A DNA stretch of 59,448 bases, the filler included, from Sphacelaria rigidula (taxonomy: Eukaryota), in NCBI GenBank assembly GCA_964200075.2. It is 6 parts of 6 records of this genome, joined end to end, with 100 filler letters (N's around TTAATTAATTAA, not from the genome) between each part and the next. Parts side by side here need not be neighbours in the genome. Positions count along the whole stretch, not along the records: positions 1 to 9,826 come from CAXNAA020007679.1; positions 9,927 to 19,752 come from CAXNAA020007680.1; 4 more parts are not named here. One strand, given 5' to 3'. The position numbers were made by a program, and so were the translations under genes. Below the pieces are notes generated by a model. That model was given only the letters and a program-made list of their open reading frames with translations. It had not been told where the DNA came from and did not search any database. This document shows, piece by piece, positions 1-12,123 of this stretch. Numbering within the stretch: position 1 is the first letter of the stretch; each line of letters opens with the position of its first letter.

Positions 1-376
1 AAGTGTGGGGAAAGCACTGTTTTAGGCTTGAGCCTCATCTCGAAGTTAAACCTCAATTCGCACAATTTGTTGTTATCAGTGTGACTGGTTCTCGCCATTC
101 CTACAAAAACGGAATGACGCTTGAACCCCATTGTAGTGTTCAACCCCAAAATTCTGAATCAGTTGTTGAAAGTACCTCTCGGGAGCTGAAGACATAGAGA
201 TATATATTCATGAATTTTCAAGACAACACGAGAACCTTTTTTTCTGCCAATAGCATTGCGACAGTAGCCCAGTGATTGAGCTGCCAAGTTTGGGTTGCGC
301 TGCACGCTAGCGCGCACTCAAGCTTGCCTTCGCAGAACGCTCATAGCGAACAAGATGGCCTTGTCCTGACTTACTT

Positions 377-669
377 CACGGGTGGCCACTGGGGTCTGTA
401 ACCTGGCCAGTTTGGGACCTTATCCACCTTTGGTAAGGTCCGCGGAATAGGTGGACAACTGAAGAGTATTAGCACAGCATGGACAGGTTCGAAACAAAGC
501 ATGTTCCAGTCTAGAGGGGAGTCACCCGCCTATAGACTGGGACATGTTTTGTGTCGATCCTGTCCATGCTGTGCGAATGCTCTTCAGTTGTCTACCCAAT
601 CAGCGGACCTTACCAAAGGTGGATAAGGTCCCAAAATGGCCAGGTTACAGACCCCAGTGGCCACCCGTG
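377..669. repeat. Long inverted repeat / fold-back hairpin (141-bp arms, 11-nt loop); candidate miRNA/hpRNA precursor or foldback MITE
   Basis: 377-517 is the reverse complement of 529-669 with about 12 substitutions and no indels by manual alignment. The outer ~65 bp has a single mismatch. Termini are CACGGG...CCCGTG. Confidence 0.9.
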
Positions 670-2366
670 TTGCATTGCCGTTGACGCTTTTAACAGCGGA
701 GATCCGCACGTGATTACAGAGCGACTATTTGTACTGGTAGTACGCAACACTACACCGAGAAGGCACTAGCTATGTGGGTGGCAACGGCCTAGCGGGCCCG
801 GACCCTCTGTCACATGAAGGCGTTGCCTCTTCCGCGAAAAGTGACGATTCGGAACTCGGGCGAAGGGGAGAAGATGCGGTGTGCTGGCGCCTGAGCGCTA
901 AACCAGAGGGTACACCTTGACGTTGTAAACCCGTCGGCATGTTTTGTTTAGATCGAAAAATATCACCACCGCCCCTCTGCCTCACTCTTCCAGGTTCAAG
1001 TGTTCCTCTCCTAGAGAAGAGTCCTCCACATTCATCACACTGAGTCTCTCCTTGTTATATCACTCCCGCTCATCCTACCTTAGCCAAATGAGCGCTGTAA
1101 AGCTACCCTACTCCTTTCTTTCGCTGAGCAGCGCAAGTGGGTCTGATGGTCACTGTGCATCTTCCCCGCGCTTATCCGGAGACATGACCAAACACAGTCA
1201 TCCCACGGTAGAGTGGCACCAAATACTCATCAGCTTTGAGTTGTGTGGATCCCTTTATTTCGCCCAAAAATCTACTCACGGAATATGTGAGAGCAAGCCA
1301 CGATTAGCATTAAAATGGGCTGGGGAAAACTCGACTGAATTTTAAAACGGGAATGTCCTGACCCATATTCTTACTATGTGGCTCTAACCCTCGAAGCCCC
1401 TGACCGAGGAACACCTGGGCTCGAATGTACAATTCCTACCGTGCATGACTCCACACTGTCTTCCAACCTCTAACATGATACCGTTTGACGCATTTGTTTT
1501 GCGCTTGTACGTGGGTGAATGCGTCGTCGAGCGATGTGACTGTTACGAAGAGCTTTCAAACGTAATCGCTGCTTGCAGTGGCACCTCAATGTGGCTCCCT
1601 CGTCCAAGAAGCGGCTCGAAATACGCTCCCCCCCCTCCCCCGTCTCCTCATCGTGGGATCACTCGAACGAGTGCTTCATCACCACAGTGAGGTTGAATCA
1701 AGTCTCGACAGAATAAGACGCGATGAGCCCCAGGTGCGCCTCGCCATGTCTACCGGAAAACACGCGAGCTCTGAACGGAACCGTCCAGGTCCTGACTGTT
1801 AGGTCCGTGCATTTCCACGTACGTGATAAACATGCCGCACGTGAGCACGTGAGCACGTAATCAACGCCTCCTCCACCGTGTCTCGAGTTGCGTTTGTCCA
1901 TGTCAGCCTTGACAGGCAGCAACACGGCTCAAGGCTCGATGTCGCTTTAGCTTGTTCTCCGAGTAGAAACAGTGCACAGGGAGCAAGCACCTCGAGCGCA
2001 AATCGGTCGGGGTCGAACCGACTGCATTGGACGGTAAACTTGGGCGTCTATACAACAATTGTCCGTGGTGTTCGTCACAACTCGTGTGCATTCAAGAGCA
2101 TGTGTCCGAGGTGTGGCGAGATGCTCCCGGTGGAGTGAAAATGTGAGTGCGTGGCACACTCCATTCCCACTTCAATTGTTCGAGTGGCGGAGCTTAAACG
2201 ATTCAACTACATCATACTTTGGATGTTGGGCGGTATACCAAGCTCCGATTCATAGAACCGCCAGCAGGTCATGAGTGCAACGAGAAAGAAACACGGCAAC
2301 ACTACCTGTTCAACCTGGAACTTATTCAACTGCGCAGCGCTCGATTAGTGGAGTCTACCCCACACG

Positions 2367-5300
2367 TCAGAGCATGTCATACTCATCATCACCGGTCATG
2401 CCCTCGACAGCAAGAGCGCATTCACCTACAACCCCGCCGTGTCCGTCTGATGCACCAACCACCACCGGTGGTACACCGGGAGTCACAAGATCGCCAATAC
2501 TTGCTGTACGAACAGGGCCGGCCACCTCGACTCTACCAGCAACACCAGCACCTCCTATGGTATCACGAGTAATACAACTATTCTCGTCGAGCCCGACGCC
2601 GGCATAAACCGGACCGCTTTCGAGTCTCGTTTCGGTCCGCACGTTTCGTCGTCCGCTAGACACATCCGACACAACAGCCAACTCCGAAGATCTCATTTGT
2701 TGGTGCGTCAAACTCATCCGTGCAACCGCGTCCTCCCCAGCCGACAAAAGCCTGGGATTTACAACATTCAGAGAAGGTGAGTCGACAGCAACAGCAGTAG
2801 GTGTACCTACGGTGTTCACCGTGCTGGTGATGATTTGCCTTCCTGCTGTATCATCGCCATCCGTGCTTCGGTTACTGGTATTATCTTCTCGTGTTTGACC
2901 GATGCGTGCTATCGTGGCGGTTGATACCCTCTTCGTCTTGATTTCGGTATCTCGCAGAACACGAGGACTGGTGGCCTCTCCAGCACCCGTGGCGTCAGCG
3001 GTGGCGACAGCGATCGACGCGTTGGCTTCTCGAGTGGCCTCACTCTGGGTGACGGAGGACCGGCGTATTCGCCTATCCAAGTCACGCAGCAGCTCCTGCA
3101 CCTGAAACGGGGGAAAACGGAAAAAATGTGAAAAGTTACACAGAATGCACGCAAGATCACAGAGAGCACATGTACCATAAATCGTACTCTGGGTCTCGTG
3201 GTGGGCCTGATTTTTCAACTAGAGTCCCGCGTGAGCATTCGTGCGAGTGTTCGTGCAATGATTCGACGAACACTGCAGAATGGACACACACCGCATAGGC
3301 CACACTCACATGCAAACATGAGTAAAGACACATGTATGCAGTCGCCGGTGCTTTCATAATCCAAACCAACGTTCAACTTTCTCATACCACCCCCCAGGGA
3401 TACAGCCGTGGTCAGACAGAAGACGTACGCGAGACGAAACAAAACTGAAATAGTCGATGAAGAAAAAACAAAAAACAGAAAGGGTAAAACAGAACAACAT
3501 AGGCTTGTCAACAAAACTAGTTCGATGTGCTTGTTCTGAAAATTGGGTTCTAAATGACCCGCAAACACGGACACCCTGGTTAGAGTGCTCTTTGGTTTTC
3601 ACTTGTCATGAAGACAGCACGCGTAAGTGGAACGCAATACGTCCGTCGATGGATATAGCCTGGGTCCTCAGCATCCCAGCTTACTCCGCACGCATTCATC
3701 AGCGTGCTCATGCCATCGTTCGCCTCCAAGCGTATCACTTATGCTATGGAAACGCACCGCGACATCAAGAAGCAGGTGGCGGAATCTTCTTGTGGAAGCA
3801 AGTAATACCTGTGTCCTTCGCACCTCCATGGTACTGAATGCTGGTTCTTCATACCTGAACCTCGCCGAGCTGGCTCTCTTTGCATTTCCTCGTGACGTCA
3901 GCGTGAACTCGTGAACTATCCACTCCGCACTCCAGCATGTTGAACGCTATCGAAGCAAGCTGCGAGAAGACGACGTTGTGCGTCCTGGCCACGGCATCGC
4001 GTCTCGCCTCTCCCTGGAGATCGTCCCACCTAGCACAGGGATGAGCGTTACGGTTCGGCGGACAGTCAAATAAAGGCTCCCCAACCTACAGGGTCCGGGG
4101 TGCGGCGCAAAAACGAACAGCCTGCCGTGCTACTACGATCAATGGCGCGGAAGGAACACATCACCGAAGGCCATCGGTACCGCGCGGTATCAAGCGTCTC
4201 CGTGGGAGTATTTGGGGTCGTCTCCAACACCAAACTGCACAGAGGAGTCGACACAGGTTTCATTTTGTTTGATTGATTGTCGCACTTTAACTGACCACCC
4301 GTGTGTCCAGCTGTGGTCGCTTGATAGACGTATCATCCAAGGGGAGAAAAACTGAAATACTCGTTCACGAAAACGGAGGAGCGAAAAAAAGTCGAACAGG
4401 ACGACATAGTGGACTAAGAACAGGAATCAACGCGAATAAGGCCATAATAAAGTCCGATGTGAACTCGCCCCCCCCTCTCCCTTTTGAACCACAGCTTCGA
4501 AAGGTGCGATTTTCCATTCCAGTCGATCGATGGGTTCCACCGGCTTCGTCTATCTTGATACATGTTAATCCGTGGAGGAAAACACAAGCGTTTGACAGGA
4601 GAGCGTGACCCTGTCAGTGCATGTTATATCATATACCAAGTATAGGAAACGATCACAGCAGTGTGCTTTGTCCGCTGCGACAGTTCCTTGTGCGCAAGGC
4701 CACGCACGCAAGGGTCTGCGGTACTTTTATTCGACACGTCTGATTCGCGTTCGACGATGGCCTCCTCGCGTGAAACAAACACACAAACGATGTATAATGT
4801 GCGTGATACATTTATTCATCTTATGTTCGACGACTATGCCTGTGCAAAACACGCTGACGATACGTGTCATGCTTAGTCCCGGCAAGATGCCCACTAACGC
4901 ACACAAGAATACACGGACTTAGCTCTGCCCGGCATGAGCGTATTTTTTTTAATACTTCATCTGGCTGCAGTTTTGAGCGTGAGCTTGCGCAATCATTTGG
5001 TGTTCGGGACTGATGTTTGGATGTGAATTTGGTCCAAGGCACGCAGCGCATGGTCGCGGTCGATACCCCCATAGCCGCGGGCAGATAGATGGCACCGACG
5101 AATCGAGCACAGGTCCGGAGAGACCAAGAGAGCCTGGTGACGGTGAATTACTCTGCTAACCCAAAATACGTCCCAAACTAGAGGCTGCTGCGCTGAGAGC
5201 TGCCGAACGAAGACATGCAAGTGCTGGTACCACAACGGGAACGGCGGCCCGTGCGACGCCAGACGAAAATAGTCCGAGACGGAGCGAAGATATTGCCGGG

Positions 5301-8300
5301 ATTAACTCATCCTGTCCTGATACCGTAGGCTACACCATAAACGACCCCAGATTGATGCGCTTTGAGGACCCGGAGACTGATCACCCGGGGATGGTATTTA
5401 CAGGGGAACGCGAGGGGGTGATATACCACGCACGAATGATATACACCGTAACCTGCGGTGGGTCGATTGCTGTTAGATATCATACTTTTTCCTTTCTCGG
5501 GCGTGTTTCTCTATCTCATATATCCTTCTTTTCCATATTTTCCCCGTTTCGTTTTCCCGTGAGCCGCGGTAGTTCTAATGTTTCCTTCGTCTAAACCTCT
5601 TCTCCGAACTCTCCGCCCAATGCGGCGGTCTCTGGGTCATTGAGCCGAAATCTCTTCCCACGACCTTGCTTGGTGTACAATCTCTCGTTTGGAGCCCTGT
5701 GGGGCATCTGCCGTCTCTGTTAGTGTATTCTCCCCCGGTTCTTTGGTTTTGCCCGTCCTTCTTTTCTCCACGTAATTGTCCACTTTTTTCCCGCCCAGTC
5801 TTCTTCAAAGTATTTTCGCGAGTTCTACTTGGCTACCTCTTCTTGTGCTTCTTTCATGGCGATGGTTGTGCTCGTCACGCGTACCACTCGATTACCTCTA
5901 CCTCGCGATCACGACGGGATCACCCCACACGAGACAATCAACGAGAAAAATCAACCATCCACACAGTTTCCGAGTGCTGTGTGACCCAGGACAAAAGCGC
6001 CATGTGCGATCCGCGATGGACAGTGCATACTGAGATCGGCAAATAAAACACACGCACGATCTGCTCGGTCGGTCACCTGCATGATATAAACTGTCCACTT
6101 TACGAAGGTAGGGGTCCATTGGCCGCTAAAGGCCCGGCGTAACTCAACAGGACGAAGAGCTGAAGCGAACGCAACCAAGGGCACAAGAGACCTACGAGGC
6201 AACGATCGTCAGCCTCTGACCAGCAGAACCCACCGTCGAATGGAGGCATTGACTGTTACGCCCGCGGGGTCGGGGTCGCCGCACGTGTAAGCATTTCTAT
6301 CGTGAAAAGGTCGGAATTCGTCAGCGCATGACAAAGCGCTAGGAAGACCAAGTGGCGACCTTTAAGCTTCCCAGAAGCCGGGTGGCTCTACACTCCCACA
6401 TGAAAGCTCAGTCCTGTATGATGCACCCCCTGCATGAAGCACACAGCGCGATGCATGTGCGACTTACCCCTTTATTGGCTCTACACATACTTCATGAATA
6501 TCCCTTCAGCTTTAGTATGGGGGTGAATTCCCAACAACATAACGATTTCCATGTAACGTACTGAACTTCTTTGCCGGCCACCTGACTGGACACACATGAT
6601 TTTCTCCAGGCTGCGCGGCGAGCTCACACTCCGCCCCCTCAGAGCGAACTAACTTCTAACGATCACGGGGGCTCGGAATGTTGTTGGTTCCAACTATCCA
6701 TACTGCCTACCTGACGGCCGCTGGTCCTTCCTGTAGCTGCTCCTTAACGCCTAGCATGAGCGCTTCGTCCCAAAAGCTGAGCATAGGAAAGCCGACGTGG
6801 AGATGTCATTGGGAGGAACCCAGAAACAAGAATGGAATGGATATGAGAGCGTAAGAACGCACGCAGGTGACAAACTGAGGTGCTGCTATCGAGCGCTCCT
6901 CCTATTCGATCGTGTCGTGGCGTTGTGACCACCTGCACAAACAAAACAAGAGCCTCCTCCCCCCCAAACCTGGCTGTCCTCTGACGGCAGATCATAAATG
7001 CAGCTGACTGCGGCAGAGGTATAGCGACAACAGAGCAACACACGTCTCATCTCGGGTTACCAGGGACAACGCGTGCAGAGAGCACCCCATGGTACAGCGA
7101 CGTACATCTCCGCAACATCACTGCACAATGTTTTCGATAACTAGGGTACCACGGATGCGTTCGCCGCAGGAACAACCCGAAGTGAAGACGAGACACGACG
7201 CCAGGAGGCAGGGAGCGGGCGAGGGACAACGCGGTGACGACTGCGCCTCGGCGTCAACACGGCTGAAACATGCAACAAATCGTTCTCAAGAGCTGTTGTA
7301 CAGAGCAAGCACCGCGAGGTCGAACATGCAGAGGACCATAGTACATAGCCCCCGACCCCGTCGAACACAGTATACACACTTGTCGATACCCAGTTCCCCA
7401 ACTTCACAAGCTATCGTGTAGTTGTACCAGGATTTTTTGGTACCAAGATATCCTAAGAAGGGCGGGCATGCCCTTCTAAACCTCGTGCATTGCGGTGCTT
7501 ACCGCGGATGTTTCCACAGGTCGTGGTCCCTCAGATCTCTGAGGAGGTACGTTCGCCTAGGCCTTCCGCTCGACCCAATACCAACGATAGTGTCTCCGGT
7601 GCTTTCACCCGACGGCGGCACCTGTTCAGTCTTGAAAAACGTGTTGGCGAGGATCATGGCCTGGACGACAACGATGTACAGCATACGAGAGTGCGACAAA
7701 ACTCTTTCATCAACAGCTGTTGAAAAGCAGGCGTTATTTTATAATCAAACCGACCTAGTGTAAAAGCAGAAAAGGAAATATATATATATATATATATATA
7801 TATGTTGACATTTTTCTCGAGCGAATCGATCGCTCATCGGTACTGCTGGGTTTGCCGGGTTATCATCGATGCATGGTATCGTCGATGCATACCACCCCGC
7901 ATATTTTATTTCAATGATTCCAGCAACCAGGACTTTTCCATCGTTTGCACAACCAAGAGTTGAAACGTTCCATTTGCGCAACCAAGTGCTAAAACGTTCC
8001 GGTTGCATGCTGCGCTTTGCCCCAGACATAAATCGGCCATTCAGGGAGTGAAAATGTCCACATTCACACACAATGTCAACACCAGCGAGCGACGACTCAC
8101 AACATACACACACTCTCTCTCACACACACATGCACACACCTGTCGGGCACTCCGAATGTCCATCTCACCGTCCCCGCTCTCCTCTGCTCCGCCCCCGGCA
8201 ACCACACGGACACCACCGATAGTCATTCTGCCAGCGGTCCCCCTGACTCCCACGACTCCGACCCCTGCCCCTCCGGCCGTCCTACCCCTGCCTAAGGCGG

Positions 8301-8342
8301 CCTCGACGGTGTCAAGCATAGCAGCATACCGGTCCATTCCAC
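2367..8342 (-). CDS. 3' part of a spliced gene for an SBF1/SBF2-domain-like protein (5' exons not recovered); exons 8342-8140, 7660-7503, 6776-6711, 4029-3855, 3101-2367
   Basis: All joined introns are GT...AG and exon phases are consistent. The spliced product reads ...DIRSARQ/AMILANTFFK...RTYLLRDLRDHDLWKHP(R)/FWDEALMLGVKEQL...V(R)/WDDLQGEARRDAVARTHNVVFSQLASIAFNMLECGV...QLGEVQ/VQELLRDLDRR..., followed by a low-complexity tail and a stop at 2367. This matches my recollection of the SBF2-domain pattern (M.L..TF, H.LW...FW, FSQL....NM). The acceptor at 8342 is the least certain boundary. Confidence 0.75.
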
Positions 8343-8998
8343 CTGCTCAACGTTGGGGACCCGAGCCGTGCGGCATGTTTCTACATGTGGATACAGTGGA
8401 GTGCACATGGTACAACTCGATGCACGTATATAGATATGTATCGCTGTGGGTACACCTGTATACGTTTCCAAATTTCGCTTCGGGACGGAGGGTCGTCCTA
8501 CCGCCGCCGCCCAACTCTTCCCGTTCCTCAAACGACTCCGTAGTCTCTAGGGATCAACCAACTTCTCCCCCGGTACATGCCTGACACTTTAGTATCGCAC
8601 ACTGGATCATGACATGTAGCACTCCCGCACGAAGTCGACCCTCGTCAAGTTTCCATCACCGCTCATATTCTCATGCTTTCAACGATGTCAACCAGATTCT
8701 GCTCCTAATATGTATATATACAAATATGCGCGTATGCATTCGAGCAATCCCACTTTTTTACCCAGGACCTTGTCTTCTCCAGACAACAAAAGTATAAAAC
8801 GAAAAAATGCGAAAAGGAGAAGCATTTTGGTTGGTTACCGCATTACCAAAAAAAAAAAAAAAAAAAAAAAACACACACAAAAACAACACAAGGAATAGCT
8901 CATCGAGACGCGCTTCGATGNNNNNNNNNNTCTCCCCCCTAAAAAAATAAAACAAAAACCAAAAAGCCAGGAAGAAGAGCGTTTTTTTTTGTTTGCGC

Positions 8999-9035
<37 letters not shown>

Positions 9036-9456
9036 CAAAAAAGCCGCAGTGCCTTATCGTGAGGCGGCCGCGCATATTTTTCATGAAGAAACATATGGGG
9101 TTTCCTGGCACTATTCATCCAGAGGTTCTCAAGTTGTTCGCCATCGACGGGGGGCATGAACCAGCGGCGCAACGATCCTTACTGTGTACACCTTGTCACA
9201 CGGCCTGGCCCATAGGCACAAATACACAACAACTCCTGATGCCACTGTCTCAAGTTAAACAATGAATTAGCTCGAGGCGTGATTATTGACGACTGATCCA
9301 TGACATTTTTGGCACCAGACAAAACGGTCAAAAATCGAATGAGATACGACGATTTACTGTCACGTGGGCGCCGAGTACAGGCTGGTTCAGGGTCTACCCG
9401 ATACTTTTTCCCTCACTAAAGTAGAAAATGTGCGGAAATAATAATACTAATAAAGT

Positions 9457-9826
9457 TAGAGCTCGGAAATGGTAGCAGTTATAACTGGCCATTATCATTA
9501 TAATGGTAAGAATGGTAATGGTTATATGAAAAAAATTGATAACGGCTTCAAACCATTATTTACCGTTACCGGCTTTAGAATCCATTACCGGCTACGTACG
9601 CTACATACAGCCCTTGAAAATTGGCCAAACGTTTCCGTGTTTTTGAGCTCTAGCGAAGCCAAATTGCGTGAAAATGTGCCTCCAGCACGGCGCCTCCACT
9701 GTGGCTCTCCGGGGGCGCCTCCGGCTGGGCCTTCTCTGCCGGGGAGAGCTTTTTGGCTCGCGGTTGCACCCCCCGATGACCAAACCATCATGTACCATTA
9801 AACTGGTTAATGAGTGCGCTACGCGT
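9457..9826 (-). mobile_element. Partial copy of the hAT-type MITE seen complete at 45197-45608 (opposite orientation, truncated by the scaffold end)
   Basis: Starts with the TIR TAGAGCTCGGAAATGGT and aligns with the reverse complement of about 45244-45608. Confidence 0.85.
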
Positions 9827-9926
9827 NNNNNNNNNNNNNNNNNNNNNNNNNNNNNNNNNNNNNNNNNNNNTTAATTAATTAANNNNNNNNNNNNNNNNNN
9901 NNNNNNNNNNNNNNNNNNNNNNNNNN
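9827..9926. other. Artificial concatenation spacer (N44-TTAATTAATTAA-N44)
   Basis: Identical 100-bp six-frame-stop linker, present five times in the window. Confidence 0.97.
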
Positions 9927-10657
9927 ATCAATTATACTAAAACCAAGTAATTTCCAGACGAATCATTATTTGTCCGACCCTTGCATGTTTCCCGCGGTTT
10001 CACGGCCTAACTGGTGGCATTCGATCGGGAGGTGTCCGCACACTAGTGCTGGGTGTCCTGCTTCACCGAAGGGAGAATCGTGGAGGCCCCCTCGTTTCGA
10101 TTGCTCAGAGCGCAATAGCAACAACACGCCAGAGGTATGCAAGCGCAGACAAAGCAAAAGACAGGGGCACATCCGCTCCACATCCGCGCGGGGGAAAAGG
10201 TAACGAGCAACGGGTCAGGAAGCGCTGCTGTATCGTGAATTATCGGAGACCCGCATGCAAACGACAACCCAAAAATGAAGACTGAGTGAAACAGAGGGAG
10301 TAATACCCCACCCGTGACGGGCACGCTGTACCCTGGGATCTAACACTCGGGAAACCCCGCCTAGAGGGTATGCCCACGATGTCTGCCTCCAACCGATTGT
10401 ACCATGCTTTGGGACACAGTGCACGTGAACCCCGCTTTGAGGGCCACTGGGTTCTTCTTGTCACTGAGAATAGGAACAGGCTGTACGCTCGATCATGTTA
10501 CTCCGTGGCAAGTTTTGCAGTAAGGTTTGCCGTAACCGCCGCGGCAAAAGAGGGAACGCGGCTACAAGACTACTTGCCCGAGAGTGAAAAAGTTGGCGAG
10601 TAGCGAACGCCAAAGGTAACGATATGCGAAGTTCACCCCTCCGTCCGTGGATGAAAG

Positions 10658-10699
<42 letters not shown>

Positions 10700-11331
10700 A
10701 CACACCACCCCACCCCCTCCCCCCCCCCCCTCTCCCCCTCTCTTCCTTGTTCNNNNNNNNNNCAGCGAACCCAAAAGGAAACTTCATCCGCACTTCCCCC
10801 TACCGACCCTCCATCACATCCCCCCCCCCCTCCCCCCCCCGCTTAAAAAAGGTGATCAGACTCACTCTCTCGGCCATCATCGCTTCGATCATCTTCTGCT
10901 GCTGTTGTTTCTTGGCATCCAACTGTATCCACCCACCGCACACCATGCGTTGCGTCGGGCGAAGGGGGATTGATTACGTGAGAACAGATCACGTATCTAT
11001 CTTCACGGCAATTTTCATTCTCATGCGACGGTGGAGTTTGCTGACAATTTGAAAACAGAAGTATTTTGCCGAAAAGGAGAACAAAAAATTGACCCCTGTC
11101 GTCATTCTTGCCAGGGTTCCACTATTTTCAGACATATGTATATATATATATATATCATCTTCAGGAGGCAGGTAGGAACCTTTACCCTGCACTTCGCTTT
11201 TTTAATTCCATGCGGCGAATTCGAGTGCGCCCCACCTCGCCGTCTTTTTCGTACCCAACCGTAAGGCTGAGTAGTCATTGAGGGGTCGCGCGTACGGGTA
11301 GGCGCCAAGTCGGGGGTGCCCCCCCCCCCCC

Positions 11332-12110
11332 TGTAGTCAGGGTAATCGTGACCGGGATGCCTTCCTTCCGACAGTAGCACTCGGGCGTGCGTGTTTGGTG
11401 TTCTGGGAATAGAGTAGGCGCTGTGAAGCGTGGGTATGGCCGTGTGTAGCGAAGTCTGACTTGTTGAGGGTCTGTCGGGTCATTCTTGTAGTCCATTAAC
11501 GAGGCGGGTGACTTGCACGGCAGCTCTAGCAACAGTCTGGAGGATCTCCACTGTCCAGATCGCAGACTTGGAGCTGAAACTTTCTGAGCTGAGGACCAAC
11601 GCCCGGTTGGGAAGTATAACTCAGAGTCGAGCTGGGGGATATTGAAGGAGGCTTGCTCGGTGAGGAAGACCCTAGAGATACCCTTCAAGTCTGAGATTTC
11701 CCGGGTGTACTCACGGCATGCAAGATCATGAGCATACCCCAGGAAATCTCGGACTTGAGAGTATCTCTAGGATCTACTTTACCGAGCAAGCCTCCTTCAA
11801 TATCCCCCAGCTCGACTCTGAGTTATCCTTCCCAACCGGGCGTTGGTCCTCAGCTCAGAAAGTTTCAGCTCCAAGTCTGCGATCTCGACAGTGGAGATCC
11901 TCCAGACTGTTGCTAGAGCTGCCGTGCAAGTCACCCTCCTCATTAATGGGCCACAATAACAACCCGACAGACCCTCAACAAGTCAGACTTGGATACATAG
12001 AGTCATACCCACGCTTCACAGCTCCTACTCTATTCCCAGAGCACTAAACACGGACGCCCGGGCGCTGCTATCGGGCGGAAGGCAAGTCGGTCACGATTGA
12101 CCTGATTACA
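11332..12110. repeat. Large inverted repeat / hairpin (384-bp arms, 11-nt loop); candidate long hairpin RNA locus
   Basis: 11332-11715 is the reverse complement of 11727-12110. The mirror ORFs 11275..11688(-) and 11718..12047(+) give nearly the same peptide. The central ~155 bp has only 2 mismatches. Confidence 0.92.
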
Positions 12111-12123
12111 CTTCTTCGACCGT

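Noticed and set aside
8848-9040. Poly-Gly/Pro/Lys/Phe ORFs and a G-quadruplex-like C-run
   Set aside because: Homopolymer runs beside a 10-N gap look like low-quality sequence, so the ORFs are low-complexity artefacts.
9871-9882. TTAATTAATTAA palindrome recurring about every 9.9 kb as a periodic biological motif
   Set aside because: Always centred in N-runs of fixed length; it is a synthetic six-frame-stop linker.
10660-10845. Proline-rich extensin- or formin-like ORFs
   Set aside because: They derive from poly-C runs spanning an N gap; no independent evidence of coding.
10500-10910. Possible small minus-strand exons (KMIEAMMAER...)
   Set aside because: Splice-like sites exist, but I could not build a phase-consistent, recognisable product.
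11275-12047. Two paralogous proteins (137 aa and 109 aa) on opposite strands
   Set aside because: They are a direct consequence of the inverted repeat, with no domain similarity.
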